NCBI RefSeq assembly: GCF_006345805.1
Contig: NC_042999.1
Location: 25,110,001 to 25,174,000, forward strand
Reading direction: 5' to 3'
Length of the DNA stretch: 64,000 nt
From: Octopus sinensis
Lineage: Eukaryota
A model generated the notes under the pieces. The model saw only the letters and a program-made list of their open reading frames with translations, made no database searches and was not told the DNA's origin. The position numbers and the translations under genes were made by a program. Positions 1 to 13,882 of the stretch are shown here, in pieces (position 1 is the stretch's first letter; the number at the start of each line of letters is the position of its first letter).

Positions 1-23
1 TACCTACATTACAAGCTAGAAAC

Positions 24-107
<84 letters not shown>
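24..107. repeat. (TATC)n / (GATA)n microsatellite
   Basis: Perfect tetranucleotide array read directly. Confidence 0.95.
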
Positions 108-108
<1 letters not shown>

Positions 109-206
109 CACCTACCTACCTACCTACGTACCAACCAACCAGCCTATTTAATATCATAGCTAGCAAGCTATCTATCTACCAACAAGTATATCTACTAATC
201 TACTTA

Positions 207-439
207 TTTCTTTATTGCCCATAAGGGGTTAAACACAGAGGGGACAAACTAGGGCAGACAAAGGGATTAAGTCGATTACATCAACCCCAGTGCGTAACTG
301 GTACTTAATTTATCGACCTCGAAAGGATGAAAGGCAAAGTCGACCTCGGCGGAATTTGAACTCAGAACGTAGCGGCAGACAAAATACTGCTGAGCATTTC
401 GCCCGGCGTGCTTAGCGTTTCTGCCAGCTCGCCGCCTTA
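207..439 (-). mobile_element. tRNA-derived SINE, family A (full length)
   Basis: Minus strand has an A-box-like TGGCAGAAACG, a B-box GAGTTCAAATT, the central GTCGACTTTGCCTTTCATCCTTTC block and the tail ...GGGCAATAAAGAAATA. 17-bp TSD ATCTACTAATCTACTTA at 190-206 and 440-456. Many other copies in the window. Confidence 0.9.
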
Positions 440-474
440 ATCTACTAATCTACTTAGCCAATTACCAAGCCACC

Positions 475-1290
<816 letters not shown>

Positions 1291-1403
1291 CGACTGTATA
1301 TAAATATGAGCATACATACATGTGTGCGCGCGTGTGTGTGTATGAGTGTATATGCAGATATAACTCTCTTTGACTTACACTTTCACTGTCTATCTATCAC
1401 TAG

Positions 1404-1499
1404 TGCTGTCATCTAGCCTTGTGTCTCCATCGGTACGAAATGGTAGCACAGTGTAAAGATGTGCTACCAGAGGAAAGTGCTGCCATCACAGTGGCGGTG
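1404..1499 (+). CDS. Candidate 96-nt phase-0 internal exon (CCHLALCLHRYEMVAQCKDVLPEESAAITVAV), product unknown
   Basis: Pyrimidine-rich ...ctatcactAG acceptor, GTGAG donor and an open frame in non-repetitive sequence. No homology recognised. Confidence 0.25.
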
Positions 1500-2605
1500 G
1501 TGAGCATGCGTAATATAGCATTGGAGTGATATAGAGGCAGGTATGTAGGAAGGCGATTTGGTGTAAAGTTGGTGAGTGGGAGAAAGAGATAAGTTGAGTG
1601 GTAGAAAGAATGAAAGAGAGTGATGAACAGAGATGAGGAGAGAATATGAGAAAAGTGGTGGGAGAGTGAGAGAGAGAGTGTGATGGAGTGTGGAAAGATG
1701 GATAAACGCGAGGAAGAATTATTGTTGAAGGATGTTTTCGAGAAGTTCAGTTGCGAAACTAAGACTACATGACAGATATAGATTGATGTAGATAAATAGT
1801 GATATATCTTCTTTTTCAAGCAAAAATACTGAAGCAGATACGCGTACACACATACACATACAAACATACACGCACACGCACACACACACACACAACACAC
1901 ACACACACACACACACACAATTATTAGCATGGAAACAGTGTTAGTTCCAAAAAGCAATCTTAATATTCAACTTAACCTTGATATTTTGCTAGAACGCCGA
2001 ATATTGCGTTATTGCCCTGAGAGGTTCTCTCATATAGATGCAAGGTCGTAAAAGCATAGACATATGTTTTTGCGGACAAGAATCCTGTTATGGCTGCTGA
2101 AGCTTCCAGATCCTGTGATTTCAGTGTACTGGGCTTTCTCAGTGGCAGACGTCCAATGACTGTATGCAACCAAATCTCGATGACACAGTGTATAGAATAT
2201 CAGTGTCTTTTCAGTCACCGATGTCACAATTAGCCATCAGGTTAATTAAAAAATAATTATTAGCGACTGAAGCTAATGCAATTAGTTCTATTACCAAAAG
2301 GTAATCTTTATATCTAACTTAAAGTGGTTGATTTGTTAGAATACTGCGGTATGAACTTTGGCATCAGTGACGTAAATAGATAGACAGAGAGAGTGAAAGG
2401 GTGAGAGAGATGTGGAGAGAGAGAGAGGGGAGAGAGAATGAGAGAGAGAGAGGGAGAGAGAGAGAGTACATTCAATAATGTGTCATTGCTGTTCAACCAC
2501 ATCTGCACACAAACAGTAGCAAGTACAGACACTTACATAGCGACAGAGACGCACATACATTTATGCACAGTAATATGCGTACTGAAACTGAAATAGACAC
2601 TCTCT

Positions 2606-2647
<42 letters not shown>

Positions 2648-2818
2648 CACACACATGTACACCTCCCCCCGCACTTCTTCGCAACCACATGGTCCTAGAT
2701 TCTGTCCTACTGAATGACACATTAGGCAAGTATTTTCTGCTATAACCTCGGGTTCAGCAAAGTCTTGTGAATAGAGTTGGTAGACAGAATCTGAAAAAAA
2801 AGCCCGTCTAATATATAT

Positions 2819-3181
2819 AGGAGTGGGTGTGTGGTAAGTAGCTTGCTTACCAACCACATGCTTGGCACCTTGGGCAAGTGTCTTCTACTATAGCCTCGGG
2901 CCGACCAAAGCCTTGTGAGTGGATTTGGTAGACGGAAACTGAAAGAAGCCCGTCGTATATATGTTTATATATGTATTGTGTGTATATGTTTGTATGTCTG
3001 TGTGTGTCCCCCCAACATCGCTTGACAACTAATAGTAGTATGTCTGCTTCCCCGTAACTTAGCGAGAGACCGATAGAATAAGTACTAGGCTTACAAAGAA
3101 TAAGCCCTGGGACCGATTTGCTCAACTAAAGGCGGTGTTCCAGCATGGCCACAGTCAAATGATTGAAAATAGTAAAAGAGA
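2819..3181 (+). mobile_element. tRNA-derived SINE, family B (internally deleted), preceded by an older fragment at ~2670-2810
   Basis: Matches the copy at 4832-5244: CTTGGGCAAGTGTCTTCT core, internal (TA/TG)n, tail AGTAAAAGAG. Confidence 0.85.
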
Positions 3182-3326
3182 AATATGTGTGTGTGTATAT
3201 GCGCGCGAATTTGTGTTTGCGTTTGTCCCTCACTATCGCTTGGTAACCGGAATGCCGCTAAGAATTTTACCCAGCGTTCTGACGATTCTGCCAGCTCGCC
3301 GCTTGGATTGATATCAAAAATATAGC

Positions 3327-3455
3327 AAGGTGGCGAGGTAGCAGAATCGTCACAGTACTGGGCAATGCTTTGCAGCATTTCGTCCGTCTCTACATTCTAT
3401 GTTCAAATTCAGCCGAGGTCGACTTTGCATTTCATTCTTTCGGGTACCAGTTAGA
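3327..3455 (+). mobile_element. SINE family A fragment (diverged)
   Basis: AAGGTGGCGAGGTAGCAGAATCG...GTTCAAATTC...GAGGTCGACTTTGCATTTCATTCTTTCGGG. Confidence 0.7.
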
Positions 3456-4831
3456 CACTGTAGTTTCACCCTCATACAGTTGTTCTCCCAAATCCTTTTC
3501 CTCCACTGGTATAACCAATGTCTTTCCTGCTGTCTCCTCCTCCTGCAACTCCTTCTCAAGCTTCTCTCCATCATTTCATCTTCATTCCTTCTGAATTCCT
3601 TCACAGCCTCTTTCTCTATCACTTGTATGTATGTGTGTGCGGCTCATATGTATGTATGTGTATGTATATGTATGTATGCATGTATTTATATATATATATT
3701 TTTATATCCGCGTATGCTTGCATATATGTATACATATATATATTTATATGTGTGACTATATATATGTATGTATGTGTGTGTATGTATGTATATATATATA
3801 TGTATATAAATACATACATAAACATAGTAATACACATGTACACACACACGCACATACATACATCGATCCCTCCCTGGTGGGGTGTCTCCCTCGATATAGA
3901 TGTGTCTCCTCAAGTGATTTCAAGAGATATCTCGCTAAAATAAACTCGCAAGATTTCTTCTTGGTCTTGGTATACAGAAATGCTAAATCGAGGTATACAG
4001 CTTCATTCTTATAGAAGATCCATGACAAATATCAGCTACAAAAAGAAATGTATACGTAATACAGTGATCGTTGCTAGATGTGTCAAAACATTTATAGTGA
4101 TCAACAAAGATGCTCGTATCTTCCATCTCCCGTCTGTCATTAATCAAATATCCAACGAACACCGAGCCAGTGAACGTGCTTTATATATACATACATACAT
4201 ACATACATACATACATACATACATACATACATACAAACATACATACATACATACATACATACATACATACATACATACTACATACATACATACATATATA
4301 TACATATAGGTATTAGCCGATGTTTTTAAAGCGATGAATAGCTTTGCGGAAACCATGGTACGCTTTGTTTTCTGACTTTATAATCATCTTAGAATCATCT
4401 CATAATAATGACTCGTATTACTACCTCAGTCCATCTAAATGTATATATTTGTCGTTACCTGTCATAAAAAGCCTTTTTTTATTTACAATGTGCATTTTTG
4501 TTGATTTTTCATATTTTACCCTTACATTTCTACGTGTATTTTATATTTTTTTTTGTAACATATATCTACTATATATATATATATACGTATACATATTGGA
4601 AGTGTCCGATTCTCATGAGCATGGTAGACAATATACTTCAGTGCATTGTCTCTTTATGATTAGAGTCTGTGGCTTCAAAAATATTGACAGAGTCATTTTG
4701 AATTTGGTGTTCGTCTCTGTGACAAGAATTCTCGCTGCTACTCTCTGATTCTGTTTAGGACCGGCAGTTTTAAAGTTGAAGGTAAAATATACCGTTCGCC
4801 TTTTTCTTGTATTATTATTATTATTATTATA

Positions 4832-5244
4832 GGCGCAGGAGTGACTGTGTGGTAAGTAGCTTGCTAACCAACCACATGGTTCCGGGTTCAGTCCCACTGC
4901 GTGGCATCTTGGGCAAGTGTCTTCTGCTATAGCCCCGGGCCGACCAATGCCTTGTGAGTGGATTTGGTAGACGGAAACTGAAAGAAGCCTGTCGTATATA
5001 TGTGTATATATATATGCGTGTGTGTGTTTGTGTGTCTGTGTTTGTCCCCCTAGCATTGCTTGACAACCGATGCTGGTGTGTTTACGTCCCCGTAACTTAG
5101 CGGTTCGGCAAAAGAGACCGATAGAATAAGTACTGGGCTTACAAAGAATAAGTCCCGGGGTCGATTTGCTCGACTAAAGGCGGTGCTCCAGCATGGCCGC
5201 AGTCAAATGACTGAAACAAGTAAAAGAGTAAAAGAGTAAGAGTA
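4832..5244 (+). mobile_element. tRNA-derived SINE, family B (full length; CORE-like central block)
   Basis: Head GGCGCAGGAGTGACTGTGTGGTAAG...GGTTCAGTCCC, then CTTGGGCAAGTGTCTT (resembles the CORE-SINE motif), an internal microsatellite and (GTAAAAGA)n tail repeats. At least 8 copies in the window. Confidence 0.9.
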
Positions 5245-5417
5245 TTTGTTCGAATCAATTATACTTTGTCTCCCACTTCCCGTCTAGCTTGACACTCCCA
5301 GTTTGGACATTAATCTTTCTTTGACAATACCTACAATACTGATTGGCCGATTTTACTTCTGCCCTCTTCCACACTGAACTGCCTGTATTCCTGCTTTGTA
5401 TGTTCACACCTCATTAA

Positions 5418-5646
5418 CCCTTTAACATTCGGATTACTCTGTCAAATGTAATGCTTTTTTATTCACATTGCTTTGAATTAATCCCGCGTTATCTTGTAAC
5501 TTCAAGCTTTTGATGATGTGATTGATTATTCTTACAATGGCATTGTAGAGTTAGTGTGAGAGGCCAGACCTAGTCAGTTTGAACATAAAGCAGATAGAAT
5601 ATTTGAGCCAAATACGTGAACATGAGCCTGTCTAACTACTACAGAG
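5418..5646. mobile_element. piggyBac-like MITE
   Basis: TTAA|CCCTTT start and degenerate ...AGAG|TTAA end. Homologous partial copy at 47904-48062. Confidence 0.5.
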
Positions 5647-5714
5647 TTAAACTTCCTAATCTACGAACAGTCGAGGCTGCTAAGAAACTTAGGTACTAAT
5701 AGGCAACCAAGGAA

Positions 5715-6190
5715 TAGGATAAGAATCCTTGCAATATGTATCTACAACTGCAGGTATTAGCAAGGAGAACAGGAAAGACCTATCTTATGGAGAAGAAAGG
5801 AATAATTGAGTGAAAGGAATAATTGCGAAATGGACAGACGGAAGTGATGTGAGAATGGGAAAAGCAGAAGGTACAAGAATAACAGATAGTATGAGTTCAT
5901 CGAAGGCAAAGAAAGGTTTTTGAAAATCACATTTTGACAGTTGTTTTCTTTTTACGCATCGCAGTGCTAAATGTTCTTCTCTCAGGAAATTTCACCCTGA
6001 AGGTTATTCAGACCTATGCTCCCCAAAATACGAGAAAGACGATGGAATCCACTTATACCGTAGTCACGGAGATTTCGATGCGAAGGTTGGAAAAGAAGGT
6101 CAAGGAAAGATATATGTTAGAAAGTTTGGATCGGGAGAAGAGGGGAACGTTTAGTTACTGTGGCAAAGGCAAGAAGACTTTACATTAAGA
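5715..6190 (+). pseudogene. Decayed APE-endonuclease fragment of an RTE-like LINE
   Basis: Translations include RILAICIYNCR and RIAVLNVLLSGNFTLKVIQTYAPQ, typical of LINE APE N-terminal motifs. Stops and frameshifts present. Confidence 0.55.
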
Positions 6191-6278
6191 ATATGTATAT
6201 AAACTTGAAATATAAACAAAATATATGTATACATACATCAATTGTAAACAAAATATGCGTATATATACTTCAAATGTA

Positions 6279-6330
<52 letters not shown>

Positions 6331-6469
6331 TATATATATATGTATTATATATGTATATGATAATGAATTAATTGCATTAAAAATATATATAATATACATA
6401 TATATATGTATATATCTATATGCGTATATATATATATGAATATCTATATATCCATCTATCTATGTATGT

Positions 6470-6503
<34 letters not shown>

Positions 6504-6710
6504 AATCATCTCTCTCTCTCTCTCTCCATATATATATATATATTTATGAATATCTATGTATCCATCTATCTATCTATATATCTATCTATCTATCTATTTA
6601 TCTATCTATCTATCAATCATCTCTCTCTCTCTCTCCATATATATATATATATTTATACACACACACACAACACACACACACACACACACACAACACACAC
6701 ACACACACAC

Positions 6711-6749
<39 letters not shown>

Positions 6750-7301
6750 AGCACTTCATATGTAAACAAAATGTATTAATAGATACAAATCTGTTCTGCA
6801 GCTGTAAATCCTGAAATGGTAATCTGTGGCGTATTTAAAAAGGAATTATATTAAAAATTAAAAGGAAAAAGTTATATTTGAAAAGATTAAATCAACATTT
6901 TTGGCAGCTTCTGAAGCTCTAATGTTTAAAACAGAGACATCCGAAGACCAGAAAGCTTAATAATATGTTAAAACTGAACTATGTTGATAACGGAGTGTTT
7001 CAAAGGAGAAACAGAGAGAGAGAGAGAGAGGAGAGAAAGAAAGAGGGGGATAGAGATAGCTAGATAGATAGAGAGAGGGAGAGGGAGGAATAGAAAGATA
7101 GATAGAGAGATTGAGAGAGAAAGATTGAAAGAAAGATCGGTAGAAATAGAAAGGCTAAAATCGAAGGGAATAGAAGTGAAGAAATAAAATGAACGCACAA
7201 CAGAATATAAATGAACCAATATTATTTGTCATAACTTGTAATTATGTGTGTATGAGTGCGCGCGCATGTGTATGTGTGTGTGTGTCTGTGCATGCGTACG
7301 C

Positions 7302-7478
<177 letters not shown>

Positions 7479-7479
7479 T

Positions 7480-7607
7480 TTTTCTCCTTTTACGATCCCT
7501 TTTGATCGAAAACCTACGCCACCTTTTTTTTTCATCCCCCAAAAGAAAAGCTCTACCTTGTAACTTGTCCCATCTTTGTGCAGCCCTGTGTGACCAATAA
7601 AGAAACT
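7480..7607 (+). mobile_element. Short 3'-end fragment of the Tx1-like LINE family
   Basis: Aligns by eye to 10897-11027 (CTCCTTTTACGATCCCTTTTGATCGAAA...AAAAGAAAAGCTCTACCTTGTAA...CAGCCCTGTGTG...AATAAAGAAAC). Flanked by (TATC)n on both sides. Confidence 0.85.
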
Positions 7608-7635
7608 TATCTATCTATCTATCTATCTATCTATC

Positions 7636-10600
7636 TTCGTCCTTTACTCTTAGTGGGGGATTGGAATGCTACCTTGGACACGCATGTAGACTACGTGGGT
7701 AGAGATAGGAATAGACGGGGATGCAAATGCCTCAGACCCTGATCAGACGCTTCAACTGTCTGACAGGTTCCGACTAGACCACCCGAATGCGCCAACGTGG
7801 ACATGGAGCAACCGCATCGGGTCGTCGAGATCGTATCTAGATAGGATACTGTGTAGGACAGTAGACAGAGATAGCATAGGATGTCCACAATTCCACATAG
7901 TCAGCTACACGGATCACAAACTTGTGACATGTACGCTAGACTTAGGTAAGACACTTAGGCAGGGTCCCGGATACTGGAAACTAAACGCGTCTTTCCCATC
8001 GAGACAGGTTTTCAGAGACCGGATTAGCACACTAGTAAAGAGGGCTTTGACGGGAGCCCTCAAGAGAGCAGTAAAAGCAGAAGCGATTAGGTACAGCAAA
8101 GCACTAGCCATAGATAGAAATAGAGTAGAGGGTGAGCTAGTTAAGAAGCTAGAAGAGGCAATTAGAAGCGGCATCGCATCCGACGTTTTGGCGGCGAGGT
8201 TGGCCCTCGACCAACACTTCAACGCCAAACACGAAGGATGTGCTGTCAGAGCTAGGATGCGTGCTCTAAGGAACGAAGGTGTTGGAGCCGCGAGAGAGGC
8301 CCGGGTGGCAGAGGCGCAACAGGGCAACAAAGCCACCATTCGGTCCCTGGTAGATGAACAGGGGCGCGAATTGCTCGAGCCAAGTAAAATGTGTGAGCCT
8401 TTCGCAGCATTTTTCCCGATTTTTCCCGACTGTTCGAACGAGTGGAGGGCAAGAACGTAGGGTGGACTTCAGTGCCTACCTACATAGCCTACCACGACTC
8501 TCGACAAGAAAGGCAGGGTGCGGCGAAGGTGCCATCACGGCGGCGGAAGTGCAGGAAGCGATGGCAGAATGCTCGAGGGACAAATCACCACCGGTTTGGA
8601 TGGTCTACCCTACGAGCTTTACAATTGTATGCCAGACTTGTTTGGAGATCTCTTGGCGGCGGTGTACTGCAACTGGCAGCAAAACGGGAGCATTCCTGGT
8701 TTTGTGAGCCGAGGAGCGTAACACTGCTGAAGAAAGATCTAAACAAGGGAAATGTAATAGATAACTTTAGGCCCATCACTCTGCTTAATGCAGACTTGAA
8801 AATTTTGGCCAAGTGCTAGCCAAGAGGTTGGCGCTTGTCATCGAGAAACTGGTCGACAAGGCGCAAACATGCGCCGTGCCAGGCCGGACCATCCATGACA
8901 ACCTCCACCTGATGCGCTACATCATAGACAGGGTAGTTAACGAACCTGGCATGGGTGGGGCGCTGATTAATTTGGATCAATCGAAAGCTTTCGATAGGGT
9001 GGACCATCGATACTTGGAGGCGGTCCTCGGAGCGGCTGGCTTCGGTCCCGTCTTCCGCGGCTGGATAGCCGCTTTGTACAGAGGCATCCGTTCGGTAATT
9101 CGCGTGAATGGACATCTATCGAGACCCTTCGACATCGCACGTTCGGTCCGTCAGGATGCCCCCTCTCGTCGCTTCTATACGTATTGACTCTCGAGCCATT
9201 ATTGCGGAAGCTGGCAACCTTGAGAGGCATCCCGCGAGAACTGGGATGCGGGACGAGCGTGTCTGCATACGCGGACGACGTCACCGTCATAGTGTCTAGC
9301 CACGAGCACATCGAGCAGGTCGGCGCGACACTGAAAAACTACGAAGCGGTGACAGGAGCGAAAATCAACCGGGAAAAGTCAGTGGGCTTGCGACTAGGCA
9401 CCTGGAAAGCAAGCCCATGCCGTCCACCAGCGCCTCCGTCGTGGGACGCTGGACCGACGGCCCGGTTGAGTTGCCTCGGGGACTGGTTTGGTCCGGACCT
9501 CCAAGTGGAGAAAACTGGAACGAGATAACGAGTAGGTTGGTCACTCTCGCCCGGCAATGGGCCGAGAGGAAACTGTCCCTAAAAGGTCGGGCGGAGGTGG
9601 CGAACACGTACATCGCGTCCGTCATCTACTACCGCCTGACCGTCGTACCTTGTCCCGACCCTACCATCACCAAACTACAACGCATTCTCTTTCGCTTCTT
9701 GTGGAAAGGATGCGTCCCGATGGTCAGGCGATCCATTTGCTGTCAACACCCGTTAAAAGGAGGGTTGGGCATGCCGTGGTTGATGATGCGCAGACACGCG
9801 CTGAGACTGCAACATCTCCGGCTCTATGTAGACGACGGTGAACAGGTGTGGTCGCCGTTTGTGAGGCACGCTTTCCCGCAGCTCGTCTCCATGACCGAAC
9901 TGCAGTCGTGGATCAAAAAGAGGCCGAGGAAGGGCGAATGGCACCGCGAGTGTCGCGTTGCTCTCAAGCAACTCTGCCGTCCTGGGTCGACCTTGAGTGA
10001 CTTCAACACAACCAAAGCATTCTATAGGGGTTTAGTGGAGGGAGGTACGACGACGAGCTCGGGGCGAACCTGGACGTCGACGAGGAGTACCTGACCCGCC
10101 TGTTCAGGACGACTTTCGGGCCAGGGCCCATGACAACTTCCAGAGATCCCTGGCCTGGCAGTGCTACCGAGAAGCGCTACCCGTTCGGGATAAGCTCTAC
10201 AGACACGGCTCGAGAAACACGGGGCCGACCTGCCCGAGATGCGGTCAGAGCGACGAAACCGTTCCGCACGCACTCGTGCAGTGTCCAACAATTTCCGACC
10301 TGTGGGCTTATGTCGAACAACTGCTGTCACGTGTGGGACGAGTTGGTTATCAGCTGAGTCTATCGCCAATATTGTCACGCCTCCTTCCTTCAAACGGGAA
10401 GGAAGAGCTATTTTCATCATCCTTGTGGCTATGGCGAAAGAATATATCTGGTGGACGCGTCTGAAAGGAGGATTGAACAAACACTTTCCTCTCTGGTCAA
10501 TCTCATCACTTCAACTTCTTCAAGTACCACTTGAAAAGGAAAGTGAGAGTAGGGAGGCAAGTTTTGTCTAGCGAATGTTTTAAAAAAAGATGGGTGAATG

Positions 10601-10653
10601 TAGCAAGAATGGCACGTATGAATGACGAAACCACCTTGAGCATGATCCTATGA
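7636..10653 (+). pseudogene. Frameshifted ORF2: APE endonuclease C-half, reverse transcriptase, C-terminal CCHC zinc knuckle
   Basis: Motifs across frames: LVGDWNA, SYLDRIL, TDHKLV, GPGYWKLN, GLDGLPYELY, NFRPITLLNADLKILAK, LDQSKAFDRVDH, SAYADDVTV, KGGLGMP, CPRC...ETVPHALVQC. Confidence 0.9.
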
Positions 10654-11027
10654 ACCCAGAAATTGAAAACAGAGAGTTGCTTATTCGCAAAAAAAAAAAA
10701 AAAAAAAAAATATAACATGTGACTCCATTGCCCGAGGTTACCGTGGTCTTTTCCGTAGGCTTTTCTTTCCACGGGTAAACCTCACCTGTCCTCCCCTTTA
10801 CACTTCATATTGACATTTCTGTGATAACGATCCCTATTGATCAATTTTTTTTCCACTCCCCCCTTTTTTTTAACCCTCCTTTTTTTTGTCCTCTTTCTCT
10901 CCTTTTACGATCCCTTTTGATCGAAACTCCCCCTTCCTTTTTTTTTTTTTTTAAACCTTCAAAAGAAAAGCTCTACCTTGTAATTTGTTCTATCTGTGTG
11001 CAGCCCTGTGTGGCTAATAAAGAAACA
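7636..11027 (+). mobile_element. 5'-truncated L1/Tx1-clade non-LTR retrotransposon
   Basis: ORF2 remnants plus ~370 bp of 3' UTR ending AATAAAGAAACA. Both junctions are in (TATC)n. Confidence 0.9.

Positions 11028-11113
<86 letters not shown>
11028..11113. repeat. (TATC)n microsatellite
   Basis: Read directly; abuts the LINE 3' end. Confidence 0.95.
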
Positions 11114-11114
<1 letters not shown>

Positions 11115-11698
11115 TTACACTGTCGATCGATGTGTTTCAAATATTAGGTTAAATATTCCTCAAATCATTCCCTACTATCTCGAAAATATAAGGAAGCTGG
11201 CAATAAATAATGGATTCCAAGATAAGCAGTGTCTGAATGGAAGATGATATTGTCAGGCTAAAGCGTTTACATCATCCACCGAACACATGCAGACACACAA
11301 CGGGCTTATAGTTACTTTACATCAAATTCTCTTCCACATGTCCGTCAACAACATGTCTGTTTTTGCCCCTATGCGAGGCAATTTTATTTTAATTCTCTCG
11401 CAATGAAGGACTAGTTGACGAGTTAGTTAGAGACAGCTGAGTTAGTTAGAGACAGCTGATGAACTGGGGATTTTTCCTGTGTGGTTTGTCCTGTACCTTG
11501 TTTTTCTGTTGTAAAAAATAATGTTTTTCCCGTTTCCGTTTCGTCTCTGTTTTTTTTTGTTGTAAAAATATGGCTTGCCCGTTTTCGTTTTTCGTTGAGT
11601 TCTACGTCTAGTTGCAGTGTCCTGTACTCACGTATATATATTATATATGCATGTATATATACATGTAGATGTATGCATGCATATATTTTATTTATTAC

Positions 11699-11749
<51 letters not shown>

Positions 11750-11787
11750 CATACATATATATATTTACACATATATATATATATAAT

Positions 11788-11829
<42 letters not shown>

Positions 11830-11867
11830 TAATATATATACATACATATTATATATACATACTTATA

Positions 11868-12422
11868 TAGGTTGTCCCAAAAGTCACTGACGGGTTTTAA
11901 GTTTCGATAATTTCCTTAACTTTACAAATAAATGCATGAAATTTTGATACAACATAAAGGACATAATGGAAATTAATATGCAGAAGTCAAAGTTTCCAAC
12001 ATCACTATATCACATATGAAAATTTTGATCGCTGAAATGACAGCCATTTTCAGCTTCGCATGCCCGTGCTCTTTCCAAAATTTGCACCATAAAACCCTCA
12101 AGAGTTTCAGACCGCTCTTCTCTGATTTCTTTATTGATGTTCTCCTTCAGTTGCAATAGAAAAATCAGAGAAGTGGGGTCTGAAACTCTTGAGGGTATTA
12201 TGGTGCAAGTTTTGGAAAGAGTCCGGGCTTGAAAATCCGAAGATATCTGCCATTTAAGCGATGTCATTTTTCGCATGTGATGTGGTGGTGTTGTTAAATT
12301 TGACTTCTGCATATCAATATCCATTATGTTCTTCATATTGTATCAAACTTTTATGCATCTATTTGTAAAGTTAAGGAAGTTATCAAAAATTGAAACCCAT
12401 CAGTGACTTTTGGGACACCCTT
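11868..12422 (-). mobile_element. Internally deleted Tc1/mariner-superfamily DNA transposon
   Basis: ~150-bp imperfect TIRs (TAGGTTGTCCCAAAAGTCACTGA... / ...TCAGTGACTTTTGGGACACCCT) with TA flanks. Internal transposase C-terminal remnant LQLKENINKEI...ERARACEAENGCHF. Confidence 0.8.
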
Positions 12423-12514
12423 TATGTATATACATGTATACATCCTTGTGTATATGTGTGTGTATGCGGGTGAGTGTGTGTGAAGGTGTGTACGAGTGTA
12501 TATATATGTGCGTA

Positions 12515-12793
12515 TATCAACTTGATCACCTTGACCGAACAGTCCGTTAGGCGTCCATTTGACACCGCTGGTCACGGCACGGTGTCCACTCCTCTCTGGA
12601 TCGCGCCTTTCTCATCCACGTGATCCCAATCGTCCTCCTGAAATCGTGACTCCACCGTCGTGGAGGTCTTCCGAGTGGTCTTTTCCGCTCACGCGAGTAC
12701 CACTCGACAGCTGCGTGCGTCCACCGATTATCGGTGAGCCGGGCGACGTGTCCAGCCCATCTATACTTGCTGCGTGTATACTCTGCGATGACA
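12515..12793 (-). mobile_element. RTE-clade LINE 3' fragment
   Basis: KYRWAGHVARLTDNRWT...EWYSRERKRPLGRPPRRW C-terminal motif, short 3' UTR, short tandem-repeat tail. Confidence 0.85.
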
Positions 12794-12870
12794 TTATATA
12801 TATATATATATATAATATACACATATATATATATATATGTATGTATATGTATGTATCGATATATAGATGA

Positions 12871-12914
<44 letters not shown>

Positions 12915-13193
12915 GAAAGAATGGAGTTGAACGACGAATTAACAAAATTAACAAAATCTTCTCTCTCTCTACATATATATATATAGAGAAGAGAGAAATA
13001 GAGAAGGATAGAGGGAGAAAAAGAGGGAAGGAGAGAGGGAAGAAAGAGAGATATAGAGGGAGAGAAAGAGAGAGGGAGAGGGAGAAAGTGAAAATTAAAG
13101 TGGCCGATGGAAATATATACAAACGCACACAAATATTCAAGGTGAAAAACTCCACGTATTACTCCGTTAGCGTTTACAGTGATACACTCACTC

Positions 13194-13254
<61 letters not shown>

Positions 13255-13649
13255 ACACACACACACACACTCGCAAACACAGGCACAGATACACATACAC
13301 ACAAACACAGGTACATATACACAGACACATTCACGCATACAGAGGCATATATATGAACAGACGTACATATTTATAGTTTTTAAAAATATATTATAGTTTT
13401 TCAGATTGATCAATACTTAGCTAAAACGTCAAAAAGTGGGCTTAAAGGAATATATAATTTTTTTTATTGTTAAAGTTTATCCGAGTTTCCGTAAGGGCAC
13501 GATTTTAGATCGTATCATGAAATCACTAACAATACTTTATGTTTTCCTTAAGTATGAAATCCTGTAACCCGAAGAATCCGTAACGTGATGGGATGCGTGT
13601 ATATGCGTGTGTGTGTATGTGTGCGTGAGAATAGTTATATATATCGCAT

Positions 13650-13836
13650 GTGTATCGTTGGCGATTTTCTTTAGCCCTCTTCCCTTCCATGGACTTTTCC
13701 TTTTTTTATGTTTCTGATGAAGAGCTTCGCTCGAAACGTTAAATCCTCCTTATTTCTTTCCTTTCCTGAGCATCCAATAACACTTGTTCCACGTCCTCGC
13801 GTTGTTGCGTTTTCTCTTTGTTCATGTTTGGAGTAA

Positions 13837-13840
<4 letters not shown>
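13650..13840 (+). mobile_element. Penelope-like terminal repeat fragment carrying a minimal hammerhead motif
   Basis: Related to the minus-strand terminal region of the Penelope element at ~30020-30200 and to 25740-25870. Ends in (CT)n/(TA)n. Confidence 0.6.
13708..13746 (+). ncRNA. Minimal type I hammerhead ribozyme motif (Penelope-type)
   Basis: CTGATGA (13714-13720), A, GAGC-ttc-GCTC stem II, GAAA, palindromic AACGTT. Stem I is weak. Confidence 0.6.

Positions 13841-13875
<35 letters not shown>

Positions 13876-13882
<7 letters not shown>

Noticed and set aside
7636-10653. Programmed frameshifting or an active LINE ORF2
   Set aside because: Many scattered single-base indels, an internal deletion near 8057 and 5' truncation indicate decay or consensus errors.
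11440-11500. CTGATGA motif after a 19-bp tandem duplication
   Set aside because: No downstream GAAA/NUH core.
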